In this document: piece by piece, positions 1-9,247 of the stretch
How positions within the stretch are numbered: position 1 is the first letter of the stretch
How the letters are laid out: every line of letters starts with the position of its first letter
Assembly: GCA_964448115.1 (NCBI GenBank)
Contig: CAYUVA010000024.1
Location: 1 to 61,723 of the forward strand
Direction of reading: 5' to 3'
Length of the DNA: 61,723 bases
DNA from: an uncultured bacterium
GTDB taxonomy: Bacteria > CAYUVA01
Translations under genes and position numbers: made by a program
Notes under the pieces: generated by a model
The model's input: the letters and a program-made list of their open reading frames with translations, nothing else
What the model was told of the DNA's origin: nothing
The model's database searches: none

Positions 1-1
1 A

Positions 2-94
2 TAGACCTCGTACATCCAGATTGTACTCCTCCAATAAGCCCTGCAACTTCCTGAATTTAAGCGGTTTCTTCCGCATCTTGTCTAACATTTCCAT
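2..94 (-). CDS. 5' end of a gene running off the left edge (MEMLDKMRKKPLKFRKLQGLLEEYNLDVRGL...), function unknown
   Basis: Manual translation: ATG at 94 on the minus strand, open to the window edge; GGTGG upstream; divergent from putP. Confidence 0.5.
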   Translation of the reverse strand, partial: MEMLDKMRKKPLKFRKLQGLLEEYNLDVRGL

Positions 95-293
95 GTTTTT
101 GATATCCACCAAAACGATATTAAGTCTTGGTGTTAAAAGCATATTTCACTTTCAAACCTTGAACTTAATCTGTGTTCCTCTGTGCCCTCTGTGGCTTATT
201 CTCGTAACAAGACATCCTGACTGGTCGGTAACCTTGAACTTCTTTTTTTATTGATTTATCATTACTATGAACTATGAGGGGAGGATATGTACA

Positions 294-389
294 ATGAGCT
301 TTTGGGATTACTTCTGGACTATCGTTCCTCCGCTGGTGCTTTTAGCCGGCATCATCGTCTTCTACATCAAAAAAAAGGGGGATGAGTAG
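294..389 (+). CDS. 31-aa single-TM peptide, putative symporter small accessory protein
   Basis: MSFWDYFWTIVPPLVLLAGIIVFYIKKKGDE; GGGGAGGA RBS upstream; overlaps the symporter start; below the ORF-track cutoff. Confidence 0.7.
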   Translation: MSFWDYFWTIVPPLVLLAGIIVFYIKKKGDE

Positions 390-1866
390 TATGGGTATAA
401 TGCTAACCACCTTTATCATCTACCTTGTCTTTCTTATAGCTGTTGGCTTGTTGACCTATAATCTTAACAAGAAGCTCGATGACTTCGTACTCGCTGGGAG
501 AAGGCTTAAAATTTGGGTAGCGACCATCTCTGAGAAGGCAAGCTCTGAGAGCGGATGGATGATCCTGGGGATGCCTGGCAAGGGCTTCAATAACGGTCTC
601 GGCGCCATCTGGCCTGCGCTTGCTTGCGTAATAGGCACTTTCTTCAACTGGACCGCCTTAGCCTGGCGGCTGCGCAAGTTCACCGCCCACTACAAGGCGC
701 TTAGCCTTCCTGATTTTATCGAAGCAAGGTATCGCGATGAGAAAAGCAAGCTCTTACGCATCGTGGCAGCCATTTTACTTATCGTATTCACCACCAGTTA
801 TGTCTCTGCACAGTTCATCGCCTCGGCAAAGGCTCTGCATGTTACTTTTGAGATGGATTACTACCTGGCTTTTTTCATCGGCGTGGCAGTCATACTGTTC
901 TACACGGTCATGGGCGGATTCTTCGCCGTGGCCTTCACCGACCTGGTACAAGGGCTGCTAATGGTATTCGCCCTGGTGCTTCTGCCGACCCTTGGAATCA
1001 TACATCTGGGGGGCTGGAGTGGTATGCTCGACCAGGTGGGGAGCATCATGCCCACCCACCTCTCGGTCAAGGCAGGCAAGCATGGCTTGGAGTTGGCTAC
1101 ATTCATCATCGGCATGTTGGCTATCGGGCTTGGCTACCCGGGGCAGCCGCATGTGGTTACTCGATACATGGCGATTCAAGATCCCAAGAAGGTGCGTGTC
1201 GGCGGGCTTATCGCCGTAGCCTGGATCATACTGGCTGCTTATGGCGCCGTATTCATCGGCTTGAGCGCCAAAGCCATCATCACCCAGGAGATAACCGATC
1301 CGGAGCATATCTTCCCGTTGATGGCAAAGGCTCTGTTGCCGGAGTGGCTGGTGGGCATCCTTATTGCTGCTGCAATGGCTGCTATTATGTCCACTGCCGA
1401 CTCGCAGCTACTTATCTGCTCCACGACATTAGTTCAGGACATCTTTCATAAGCTACTCGGCAAGGAGTTCAGCGATAAGACCATGGTGCTAGCAAGCCGG
1501 CTATTCACACTTGGAATAGGCGTTATTGCGGTGCTTTTAGCCCTGACCCAAGATCCCGATGATGAGAAGGGACTTGTGTTCTGGCTGGTACTTTATGCCT
1601 GGGGCGGACTAGCATCATCATTCGGTCCCCTATTGATTTTGAGTTGTTTCTGGAAGCGCACCACCAAGTGGGGGGCGCTTGCTGGTATGGTTATCGGCTC
1701 TGCGACTTATATCGTGTGGCAGAACATCAATGTGCTCAAGGAGCTGGTTTATGGCTTAGTGCCTGGATTTTTCGTAGCTTTTGGCGCTATAATTATCGTA
1801 TCGCTTCTCACCGAGCCACCCGGGGAGATCGATCGTGAATTCGAGGAGATGCGAAAGGCGATGTAA
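382..1866 (+). CDS. putP: sodium:solute symporter, sodium/proline type
   Basis: Many TM segments; motifs DFVLAGR, SESGWMILGMPG, GGFFAVAFTD, GYPGQPH, AAIMSTADSQLL. Confidence 0.85.
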   Translation: MSSMGIMLTTFIIYLVFLIAVGLLTYNLNKKLDDFVLAGRRLKIWVATISEKASSESGWMILGMPGKGFNNGLGAIWPALACVIGTFFNWTALAWRLRKFTAHYKALSLPDFIEARYRDEKSKLLRIVAAILLIVFTTSYVSAQFIASAKALHVTFEMDYYLAFFIGVAVILFYTVMGGFFAVAFTDLVQGLLMVFALVLLPTLGIIHLGGWSGMLDQVGSIMPTHLSVKAGKHGLELATFIIGMLAIGLGYPGQPHVVTRYMAIQDPKKVRVGGLIAVAWIILAAYGAVFIGLSAKAIITQEITDPEHIFPLMAKALLPEWLVGILIAAAMAAIMSTADSQLLICSTTLVQDIFHKLLGKEFSDKTMVLASRLFTLGIGVIAVLLALTQDPDDEKGLVFWLVLYAWGGLASSFGPLLILSCFWKRTTKWGALAGMVIGSATYIVWQNINVLKELVYGLVPGFFVAFGAIIIVSLLTEPPGEIDREFEEMRKAM

Positions 1867-1925
1867 TGACGAGCCGGATACTATCAATTGCATTGTTTAG
1901 GGGCTTATGATAGTTTTCATACGCG

Positions 1926-4502
1926 ATGCCCAGCATATCGACCAGGCTGAGATCATACATGATCATTACAGCAGTGGCAGCTCTTTTAGGCGCTGTTGCC
2001 GTCTATATTCTCGCCTCGCACAGCCGTTCTGAAGCTCTTGCCGCGCGTGCGCTACAACTTTCGGTGATTACTTTGGTTCATTTCCTGAGCATCACCGCCT
2101 TGTATTATTCTACATATAAATTCGGTCTGCTGAGCGAGGAAAAGCTCGAAGAGTGCCTTAGCAGGGGCGATTCATATAGCTACCTGTTATTTTTACCATT
2201 TTTTATACTCATTATTGTCTTTCCTTTGACTGGTTTGGGAGTAGAGGTATTCAATCTGTTTTTAATTTTTTCACTTATCGTTAGATGTATCCTTTATTGG
2301 AGGCTTTGTCTTCAGCATGTAAACCTGGAGGATATCTCGTTAAAGGACTTTCGGCTCTTGCTTTACACCTTCAGCTTTATCTGGCTGCTGGATGTGGATC
2401 TATTTTTTTTATTCAAGGCTGACAGGTTTTTTCATTTTATATCATTGCCTTTCGCATTTTTAATTATTTTAGCTGCCAGCTCATTTTATCTTAACCTGCT
2501 CGAGCATCGCAAAGTAACTCTTTACCTGGTGCTTTTTCTTTTAGGCTCTCCGGCGCTTTTCTTGATATCATTCGACAATATATTGTTCATAAAATCCGTA
2601 CTGATAGTTTTTTTATTCAATATTTTCTTGTTTCACCGCCACAACCCGATGTTGAAGATAGCTACCTTTGTTATCTATCTTGGATTGGCACCCGCTGCTG
2701 TAAAAAACATGGAGATTATCTTCCTGGGATTCTTCTTGTGCGTGCTGTTTCTCGATGATATCTATAGTTTCTCGCTTGCACGCAGGATGCAACTGATTAC
2801 ACTTGCAGCAGTAATTGTCTATATAGTGGGTCGCATTACGTTGATGGCAGGCATAGACACCAAGCCTCTCGATATTGCGGCAGCCCATTTTATAGGCTGG
2901 TTCATCGATAGTAACTTCGGTCTTTTAGCCTTTTTTCCAATAGCCATATTCTTTACTGCCGGGATAAGCATTCTTTGGCGAAGAGATCGAGAAAATGCGA
3001 TATTGATTTCCATTTTCATCCTGTTCTTCATTCTATTACAGAGCGCATTTTATGCACCGGTAACCAGCATCATCACCCCATTTTCTTTTATCATTCCGCT
3101 TTGTCCGTTGATGTTGGCTATTGCTGGGCTTGGACTAAAGTATCTGCGCAATTATTTGGGAGCTATAATTCTAGGTCTATCGGTTGTCTTGCAGGGGGTT
3201 TATTTGCTTCAGATCATCAGCGATGCTTATGATATCTCTGGTAGGCTGGCATTTTCAACCCCCGCACAGGTCTGGGAGTACCTGCTGGCACCGATGAATG
3301 AAGCCATCAGGCTATACATGCCTTCGTTCTTTGCTATCCCGCTTAGCAACTGGTCGGCAAATTTTATCTACCTTGCTATTATAGTGCTGGCTGGGCTATG
3401 GATTGCGTATAGATCATCCGATCAGGGCATATCAGGTATCGATCTCGATAGCTTCTTGATCAAGAATCTCGATGTAGTCATTGCCGGCACCACCTTTGTA
3501 TTGCTTCTGATCATCGGCGGAGCATTGCTTACTGGCAGTCCCAGCGAGGTGCTTGCGCTTCCTGGCAATCGCGCTGCAACCATAACCGATGAACAGCTTG
3601 TATTGGAGACAAGCAAGGGTGAAAGCGTTAATTCGATCAGACTGGCATCAAACATGGCAAACTCGGTGGAGCTTACCCAGGGCACCCTGGTGGCAAAGAT
3701 AAAGGCGCTAACCGTTGATAACAGGGAGATCATCTATCCGATCCGGGCAGGTATCGAGACCGCAGAATGGGCATACCAGCGCCCCGATGTCTCCAGGGTG
3801 ATAAAACACAAGATGCCAACCGTCTTCTCAAGCAGGATAAAGGAGGATACACAATTGAAGGTTCGCTTTCTTGCAAATATCTACCTGGCAACCTTCGACC
3901 TTCCTAGAGCCGAGAAGCTTGATAAGGTGGTTATCCAAGGCTGGGGAAGCGGAGCTGATCTTCTTATCCATCGCGTGGAGATCGTAAAAGAGCCGCTCAT
4001 TGAGCTGCCTCGAACCTGGCTCAGCGCGCAACAACAGCCTCTGCCAATCCGATTAACCGCCAGCCAGCCGAGCGTGGCGCTTCGTATCTCCGAGCTCTTC
4101 GGGAGGCTGAAGACAAGATACCGGCGCATACATGTAGTCAGTTACCTGGTCAACTCGAGTGATGTAAAGCAAAATGAGGTATTGGCATCGATCAAGCTGC
4201 GATACTTGCGAGGGGAAACTAGCGAATATCATCTCAGGGCAGGAAAGGATACAGCCGAAGGAAACATGGAATTCATCGAAAAACCGGACCAGATCGCTCA
4301 TCGGAGGGCATCGCTGGCTTATGATCTCTTTCGATATCCAGCAGACTACAAGCAGGCAGGGGTGAACAAGTACATGGCAACCATTCCGCTGCGCACCGAC
4401 TCGACACCGACATTTCTGGAGATTAGCCTACAGGATGATTTCAGCACCGGTGATTCAACAAAAAAGGCACTGGTGCTGCATAGCCTTCACCTGGGACTTT
4501 AA
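1926..4502 (+). CDS. multi-TM membrane protein (GT-C/YfhO-like) with two repeated extracytoplasmic C-terminal domains
   Basis: About 540 aa hydrophobic region, then two copies of an S..NS....Q..RAG.(E/D)TAE domain. Confidence 0.55.
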   Translation: MPSISTRLRSYMIITAVAALLGAVAVYILASHSRSEALAARALQLSVITLVHFLSITALYYSTYKFGLLSEEKLEECLSRGDSYSYLLFLPFFILIIVFPLTGLGVEVFNLFLIFSLIVRCILYWRLCLQHVNLEDISLKDFRLLLYTFSFIWLLDVDLFFLFKADRFFHFISLPFAFLIILAASSFYLNLLEHRKVTLYLVLFLLGSPALFLISFDNILFIKSVLIVFLFNIFLFHRHNPMLKIATFVIYLGLAPAAVKNMEIIFLGFFLCVLFLDDIYSFSLARRMQLITLAAVIVYIVGRITLMAGIDTKPLDIAAAHFIGWFIDSNFGLLAFFPIAIFFTAGISILWRRDRENAILISIFILFFILLQSAFYAPVTSIITPFSFIIPLCPLMLAIAGLGLKYLRNYLGAIILGLSVVLQGVYLLQIISDAYDISGRLAFSTPAQVWEYLLAPMNEAIRLYMPSFFAIPLSNWSANFIYLAIIVLAGLWIAYRSSDQGISGIDLDSFLIKNLDVVIAGTTFVLLLIIGGALLTGSPSEVLALPGNRAATITDEQLVLETSKGESVNSIRLASNMANSVELTQGTLVAKIKALTVDNREIIYPIRAGIETAEWAYQRPDVSRVIKHKMPTVFSSRIKEDTQLKVRFLANIYLATFDLPRAEKLDKVVIQGWGSGADLLIHRVEIVKEPLIELPRTWLSAQQQPLPIRLTASQPSVALRISELFGRLKTRYRRIHVVSYLVNSSDVKQNEVLASIKLRYLRGETSEYHLRAGKDTAEGNMEFIEKPDQIAHRRASLAYDLFRYPADYKQAGVNKYMATIPLRTDSTPTFLEISLQDDFSTGDSTKKALVLHSLHLGL

Positions 4503-4526
4503 TAACTAAAATAATATATAAAGCAT

Positions 4527-6662
4527 TTGGAGCAGCACTTTAACTTCAAGCGTTCAATGAAGCCTTGGCTGATAGCAGGGGTTATTTTATTATTTATGCT
4601 ACTTACAGCCATGTATTTTGCGCCCTTGCTTGGAGTAATGGGTCATTGCTATGCCGATCTGGGTGCTTTCGATAATGGATTAGCTTGCGATGCCCCGCTT
4701 TTTATTTGGAATCTATGGGTAACCAGCGAAGCCATAAAAAGTGGTGGGGATATACTATCTACCAGGTACATATTTTATCCCCTGGGAGCTGATCTTTCTT
4801 TGCACACGCTCAGCCTGGCGCACTGCCTGGCTGCGTTTCCCATGCTGCTTATCACATCGCCGATAATGGCTTATAATCTGCTGCTATTAAGTGGGTTCGT
4901 TCTGGCAGGATTAACCTGCTATTTGCTGGCAAGGCATCTAGGTCTTTCCACGCTCGCTGCCCTTGTGGCAGCATTTTTATTCGATTTTTCACAGTTCCAC
5001 CTCATCCATGCCCAGAGTCATCTCAATATCGCCGGTGTTCAATGGTTACCGCTTTTGATCCTACTTATGTTAATTTATCTTAAAAAAGGGGGATTATGGC
5101 TGGGAACGGCTTGTGGCGCAGTATTAGGCATAAACGCGCTGACCAGTTGGTATTATGGACTATATGGCGCCATGATGGTCATCATTTCAGCGCTGTTTAC
5201 GATGCGCCCATCCTGGCAGGGGATCAAGGATACGGCTTCAAGGCTTGCGATGGTTTTATTTGTGGCACTAATCCTCTTGTCCTACCCGCTCTTTGGTGTG
5301 CTCAGGGCGATTGCCGGCGGCGCCTCCCCGATTACAACCAAGGCAGAGATCAGGGATTATTCGGCGGATATCATCGCATACCTGCTTCCGTCCCCCTTGT
5401 CGCCGATGTTTAGTAAAGTATCTTCAGCGGCTTATGGCAGAATGAACGGTAACCTGGTGGAGCAGTCGGTTTACCTTGGATTGCCCCTATTGGCTTTGGC
5501 AGGCATCGCCTTGCTTAAGGGAGCGGTGGCGAAAAGAGGCTACCTTGCATTTATTGCTATCTTCTTCGGTCTGCTTTCTTTGGGACCAAAGCCGGCTTTC
5601 ATGGGAAGGGATATCCCGATTTTATCGCATATCTTAGGCATACCCTATCGATTCTTGTTGGACAATCCACTCGCTGCCGGCGCCAGAGCGCCTGCCAGGA
5701 TGGCGATAATAGCCTTGCTAGCATTGGCGCTGCTAGCGGGAGCCGGTATGACCTGGCTGATAAAACATAGGCAATGGATTATCCTAGGTGTGATCTGCCT
5801 TGCCCTGCTGTTGGATCATTTACCGGTTCCACTATGCCTTCAAGAGGCGCATTTTATCGAAAACGAGGCGGTTTACCAGGATGCTCAAGAAGGCTCATGG
5901 GTCGATATCCCGCTGGATCCAAACATGCGGCAATACCAGCTAAACCAGACATTTCATGGGGGCAAACTTCTGGCTGGATATCATGCACGAACCCCGCAGG
6001 CATATATCAAGCCCCTGGAGACACAGCCTATCCTGCGCTGGTTTTACAGCGGAGGCACCTTGCCGCAGCACATCTCTCTTGCAGAAGAGCTTCCCTATTT
6101 TGCCAGGCTGTTCGATATCAAGTATATCGCGGTGCATAGGAGGTTTCTGAGTGCTGATGACTTTACGGCAACGGTCGCTGCCCTGGATCAGCTTCCCTTT
6201 CTCAGGCACACCAGCCTACAAGATATGGAGATCTTTGAGCTTGGGCAACTAAAGCCGATTGAACGAAGCCGGCTTATAAGATTACGAGCCTGGGATCAGC
6301 CGGAGTTCTACGCCGACCTCAACCTGGCTTACACCTGGAGCACCGACACAGAAGCCTGGATCGGATTGATTGTAGGCAGGGATAAGCCATCGATGCTTGA
6401 GCTTTACATGCTTCCCTTGGTCGATCTCGATAAGGGCGAGCAGTATGTCAAGTTCTATTATCAAGATGGTATGTTTGCCAGCATACCACTAGGGCGCGGG
6501 TGGAAGAGATATGAGATTAAGCTGCCTGATGAGCTGCGCAATCCCGGAGCTTACATAATACGCCTGAAATTCAGTTATCTAGTCGAGCCAAGGCAGCTAT
6601 GTCCCCTGAGCGAGGACAAGCGTCGCTTAAGCGTGGCAATAGCCACACCACCGCCACGATAG
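4527..6662 (+). CDS. GT-C/YfhO-like multi-TM glycosyltransferase-like protein
   Basis: D...F.WNLW, IFYPLG, SAD...YLLP, YLG, LSLGP and RAPAR motifs; TTG start (alternative ATG at 4557). Confidence 0.6.
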   Translation: MEQHFNFKRSMKPWLIAGVILLFMLLTAMYFAPLLGVMGHCYADLGAFDNGLACDAPLFIWNLWVTSEAIKSGGDILSTRYIFYPLGADLSLHTLSLAHCLAAFPMLLITSPIMAYNLLLLSGFVLAGLTCYLLARHLGLSTLAALVAAFLFDFSQFHLIHAQSHLNIAGVQWLPLLILLMLIYLKKGGLWLGTACGAVLGINALTSWYYGLYGAMMVIISALFTMRPSWQGIKDTASRLAMVLFVALILLSYPLFGVLRAIAGGASPITTKAEIRDYSADIIAYLLPSPLSPMFSKVSSAAYGRMNGNLVEQSVYLGLPLLALAGIALLKGAVAKRGYLAFIAIFFGLLSLGPKPAFMGRDIPILSHILGIPYRFLLDNPLAAGARAPARMAIIALLALALLAGAGMTWLIKHRQWIILGVICLALLLDHLPVPLCLQEAHFIENEAVYQDAQEGSWVDIPLDPNMRQYQLNQTFHGGKLLAGYHARTPQAYIKPLETQPILRWFYSGGTLPQHISLAEELPYFARLFDIKYIAVHRRFLSADDFTATVAALDQLPFLRHTSLQDMEIFELGQLKPIERSRLIRLRAWDQPEFYADLNLAYTWSTDTEAWIGLIVGRDKPSMLELYMLPLVDLDKGEQYVKFYYQDGMFASIPLGRGWKRYEIKLPDELRNPGAYIIRLKFSYLVEPRQLCPLSEDKRRLSVAIATPPPR

Positions 6663-6716
6663 CCAGAACTTACCAAAAGATTTGAACAACCGATCTATTA
6701 ACATTAAATATTAAGC

Positions 6717-7523
6717 ATGGCTGTAAAACCTGGCATAAAGTATATCGGGTACTGGGGAGCGCCACCTCATGATGTGATCCGATACTACCAGCAGCGCTGT
6801 GCCCTTGAGTTCCTGGATCTCGATCTTGACCTGGGAGCGCCCCAAGCAGGCATCCTGCCCGATGTTTACTGCCAGATTATACATAATATCATCAACAATG
6901 CGTTGTACTATCGGGATTCGCTGGAGCTTATCATCGCCTCGGTCGGCGAGGAGAAGTGCGACCAGGGGCGCTTCGCTGCCCTGGTATTGAAAGACATGGG
7001 CTTCAGGATAATTGAGACCAGGATATCTACAGACGCTTCCCAGTTCGAGGTGCAAGATAATACTAACAGCCAATATCGAACATCGAAGCTTGAACCTCGA
7101 ATCTCAGGCAGCGAACACCGCGAGATAACCATCAGCACCTCCAATCTCCCCTTGGGTGAGAAGGTGGATCGCATAATGGAGACGGTGATAAGACCTAATG
7201 AAAAAAAATACGAGCAGTGCGAGCCGACTTGTGGATTCTGGGGCGTTCCTCCCCATGACATGGCAATCTTGGATCTGTTCCCGCCAACTGCTCATGTCTA
7301 TGGATGGACCAGGTGCGTGGAGGCGGGACGACCTGCTGATTTGGAGCTGGAGATCGATGTACCTTCGGATATTCCAATAGTTTTCTATGCCCAATCGTTC
7401 TGTGCTAAGAACCAGCTTGCCAAGTATCTCGCCGAGAAGCACCGCGGGATATACATAGACTGCCACGGCAGGGCAAACCGAAGTGTGCTTGCCAAGATAG
7501 AAGCATTTCTCAGGCTTGGATAA
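6717..7523 (+). CDS. conserved hypothetical protein, 2-hydroxyacyl-CoA dehydratase D-component-like, putative Fe-S
   Basis: Cys motifs YCQII, KCDQGR, TRCVEAG, SFCAK; ends KIEAFL; immediately upstream of an activase. Confidence 0.55.
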   Translation: MAVKPGIKYIGYWGAPPHDVIRYYQQRCALEFLDLDLDLGAPQAGILPDVYCQIIHNIINNALYYRDSLELIIASVGEEKCDQGRFAALVLKDMGFRIIETRISTDASQFEVQDNTNSQYRTSKLEPRISGSEHREITISTSNLPLGEKVDRIMETVIRPNEKKYEQCEPTCGFWGVPPHDMAILDLFPPTAHVYGWTRCVEAGRPADLELEIDVPSDIPIVFYAQSFCAKNQLAKYLAEKHRGIYIDCHGRANRSVLAKIEAFLRLG

Positions 7524-7531
7524 AGGATACG

Positions 7532-8185
7532 ATGTTATTAGCCGATTGCGGAAGCGCCTGGGCAAAGATACTCGATACCGAGTCCAGGGGCTTCAAGATC
7601 ATATCTACCCAGAGGTTGATCTCGACCAATCATAGAAGGTTCGATCTTGCCACTGGGCACACGGGTAGGCTAAGTTGCCAGCGCTATGAGAACGAGCTGG
7701 TCGCGCTTGCTTATGGCGCAAAGGCACTGGTAGCCAAGCCTGACTTCACCGTGGTAGATATAGGCGCAAGGGATACGAAACTGGTGGTCTTTAGCCATGG
7801 GCACATAGTAAGATTGGATTGGAACACAGCCTGCGCTTCCTCGACCGGCGCCACCTTGGAGATGCTCGGTAAGTACTATGATATCGACTATGATAAGCTC
7901 AAGCCGTCGCAGCGGTGGTTCCCGGTAACCTGCGGTGTGTTTGGCATGGAGCATATAATGGAGACGGTTGCACAAGGCGGGACCCCCCAGGAGGGGATTG
8001 TCAGGTTCATTCATGGCTTGGTGCGAAATGTCTGGCACTTCGCCGGGCAGCCTGCAGAGCTTTATCTATCAGGAGGTTTCTGCAAGAATCGCTGTTTTAT
8101 TCTAACCTTGCGGCAGTATTGCAAGGTCAAGCTGCTAGGCAGGGGAGTCCTGCTGTGTGGCTTGAAAAAGATAGCCGGGCTATAG
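7532..8185 (+). CDS. acyl-CoA dehydratase activase-like ATPase (BadF/BadG/BcrA/BcrD, ASKHA fold)
   Basis: DCGSAWAK, ATG, VDIGARDTK, WNTACASSTG, TCGVFG, LSGG; both cluster-ligating Cys present. Confidence 0.85.
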   Translation: MLLADCGSAWAKILDTESRGFKIISTQRLISTNHRRFDLATGHTGRLSCQRYENELVALAYGAKALVAKPDFTVVDIGARDTKLVVFSHGHIVRLDWNTACASSTGATLEMLGKYYDIDYDKLKPSQRWFPVTCGVFGMEHIMETVAQGGTPQEGIVRFIHGLVRNVWHFAGQPAELYLSGGFCKNRCFILTLRQYCKVKLLGRGVLLCGLKKIAGL

Positions 8186-8719
8186 GCTATAATTCATATC
8201 AAAATAGGGGCTTAGGTTGATCTGAATATCGAAGACCTGGTGAACGCCGTCTGTGATAGCCTGATCGTAATCGAAATCCTCGAAGTGCTCGCAAGCTGGA
8301 TTATGACACGAGAGGCAGGTAGCCTTACCAGGCATGATCAATCCCAACTGTTTGCGCTTATCCACATCCGTCATCACCTTAAGGTTGGCATAAAGGCTTC
8401 CCGCTCCATGGCACGCCTCGCACCCGACCCCCTCGAACCTGCCGTAACCGGTGGCATGACAGCCGAGACATTCTGCATTAGCACGTTGTTTTGGCTTGAG
8501 CAGGTTGAAGGCGTAGAAGTGCCTGGTCTGCTTCCATGAGCGGTAGGTGCGAAGGTGGCAGATCTTGCATAGCTTGTCTCCAACATAACGAGGGTAAGGG
8601 CTTGCGTTCTCCTGGGACAGTGAGACAGTCAGCCATAAAGCGAAAAACAGGATTGATAGCATGATAACAGGTCCTAACCTGGCTTTTTTCCTTTCGTATA
8701 AGTCAGTCTGCCTGTTCAT
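8180..8719 (-). CDS. periplasmic tetraheme cytochrome c (c554-like)
   Basis: Four CxxCH motifs (CKICH, CLGCH, CEACH, CLSCH); N-terminal hydrophobic signal; YVG...C and VGCEACHG.GS patterns. Confidence 0.85.
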   Translation of the reverse strand: MNRQTDLYERKKARLGPVIMLSILFFALWLTVSLSQENASPYPRYVGDKLCKICHLRTYRSWKQTRHFYAFNLLKPKQRANAECLGCHATGYGRFEGVGCEACHGAGSLYANLKVMTDVDKRKQLGLIMPGKATCLSCHNPACEHFEDFDYDQAITDGVHQVFDIQINLSPYFDMNYSL

Positions 8720-8831
8720 CTGCTTTGTATTGCTGAAGGTTGTTCATAGCCTAGATGCGTATGATTAAACTTTTATTGATAAGATATTCAATCAATGCGA
8801 TAATTTCAAGGGAAGTTCGATGGAGCATATC

Positions 8832-8860
8832 TTGACATTTGGCTATAAGCCAAATATTGT
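8832..8860 (+). promoter_or_regulatory. sigma70-type promoter of acpP-fabF-rnc with a palindromic spacer
   Basis: TTGACA-17 nt-TATTGT; inverted repeat ATTTGGCT-ATA-AGCCAAAT at 8837-8855. Confidence 0.65.
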
Positions 8861-8911
8861 TTGTGATGTTAAGTTGATGATTAACTATCAAAAAAAGTTG
8901 GAGGGCTTGAA

Positions 8912-9154
8912 TTGACAAGGGATGAGATACTCGAGATCATGAGAGAGATCATCTCCGAGAAGCTCAAGAAAGACAAGTCGGAGATAAAGGAAAGCTCCAC
9001 CTTCAAGGATGACCTCAATGTTTACTCGCTCGATATAGTCGATCTCATAGTCGCCTTTGAGGATCGCTTCAATATCGAGATCCCGGATGCTGATGCCGAG
9101 AAGTTCGTAACCATTGGGGACGCCCTCGATTACCTGGTAAAGAAGACCTCGTAA
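8912..9154 (+). CDS. acpP: acyl carrier protein
   Basis: DDLNVYSLDIVDL...EDRFNIEIPDADAEK; upstream of fabF; GGAGGG RBS with TTG start. Confidence 0.9.
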   Translation: MTRDEILEIMREIISEKLKKDKSEIKESSTFKDDLNVYSLDIVDLIVAFEDRFNIEIPDADAEKFVTIGDALDYLVKKTS

Positions 9155-9247
9155 ATGGTGGCTTTCAATATATCAGGCAATATCATCTGAACAGCTATTG
9201 TTGATCAGATCTAATTCCCTACTAAGCAGAATCAACCATATCGAGTA

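Noticed and set aside
21-254. 77-aa + strand ORF
   Set aside because: TTG start, antisense to a more plausible minus-strand gene, and it crosses a promoter/repeat region
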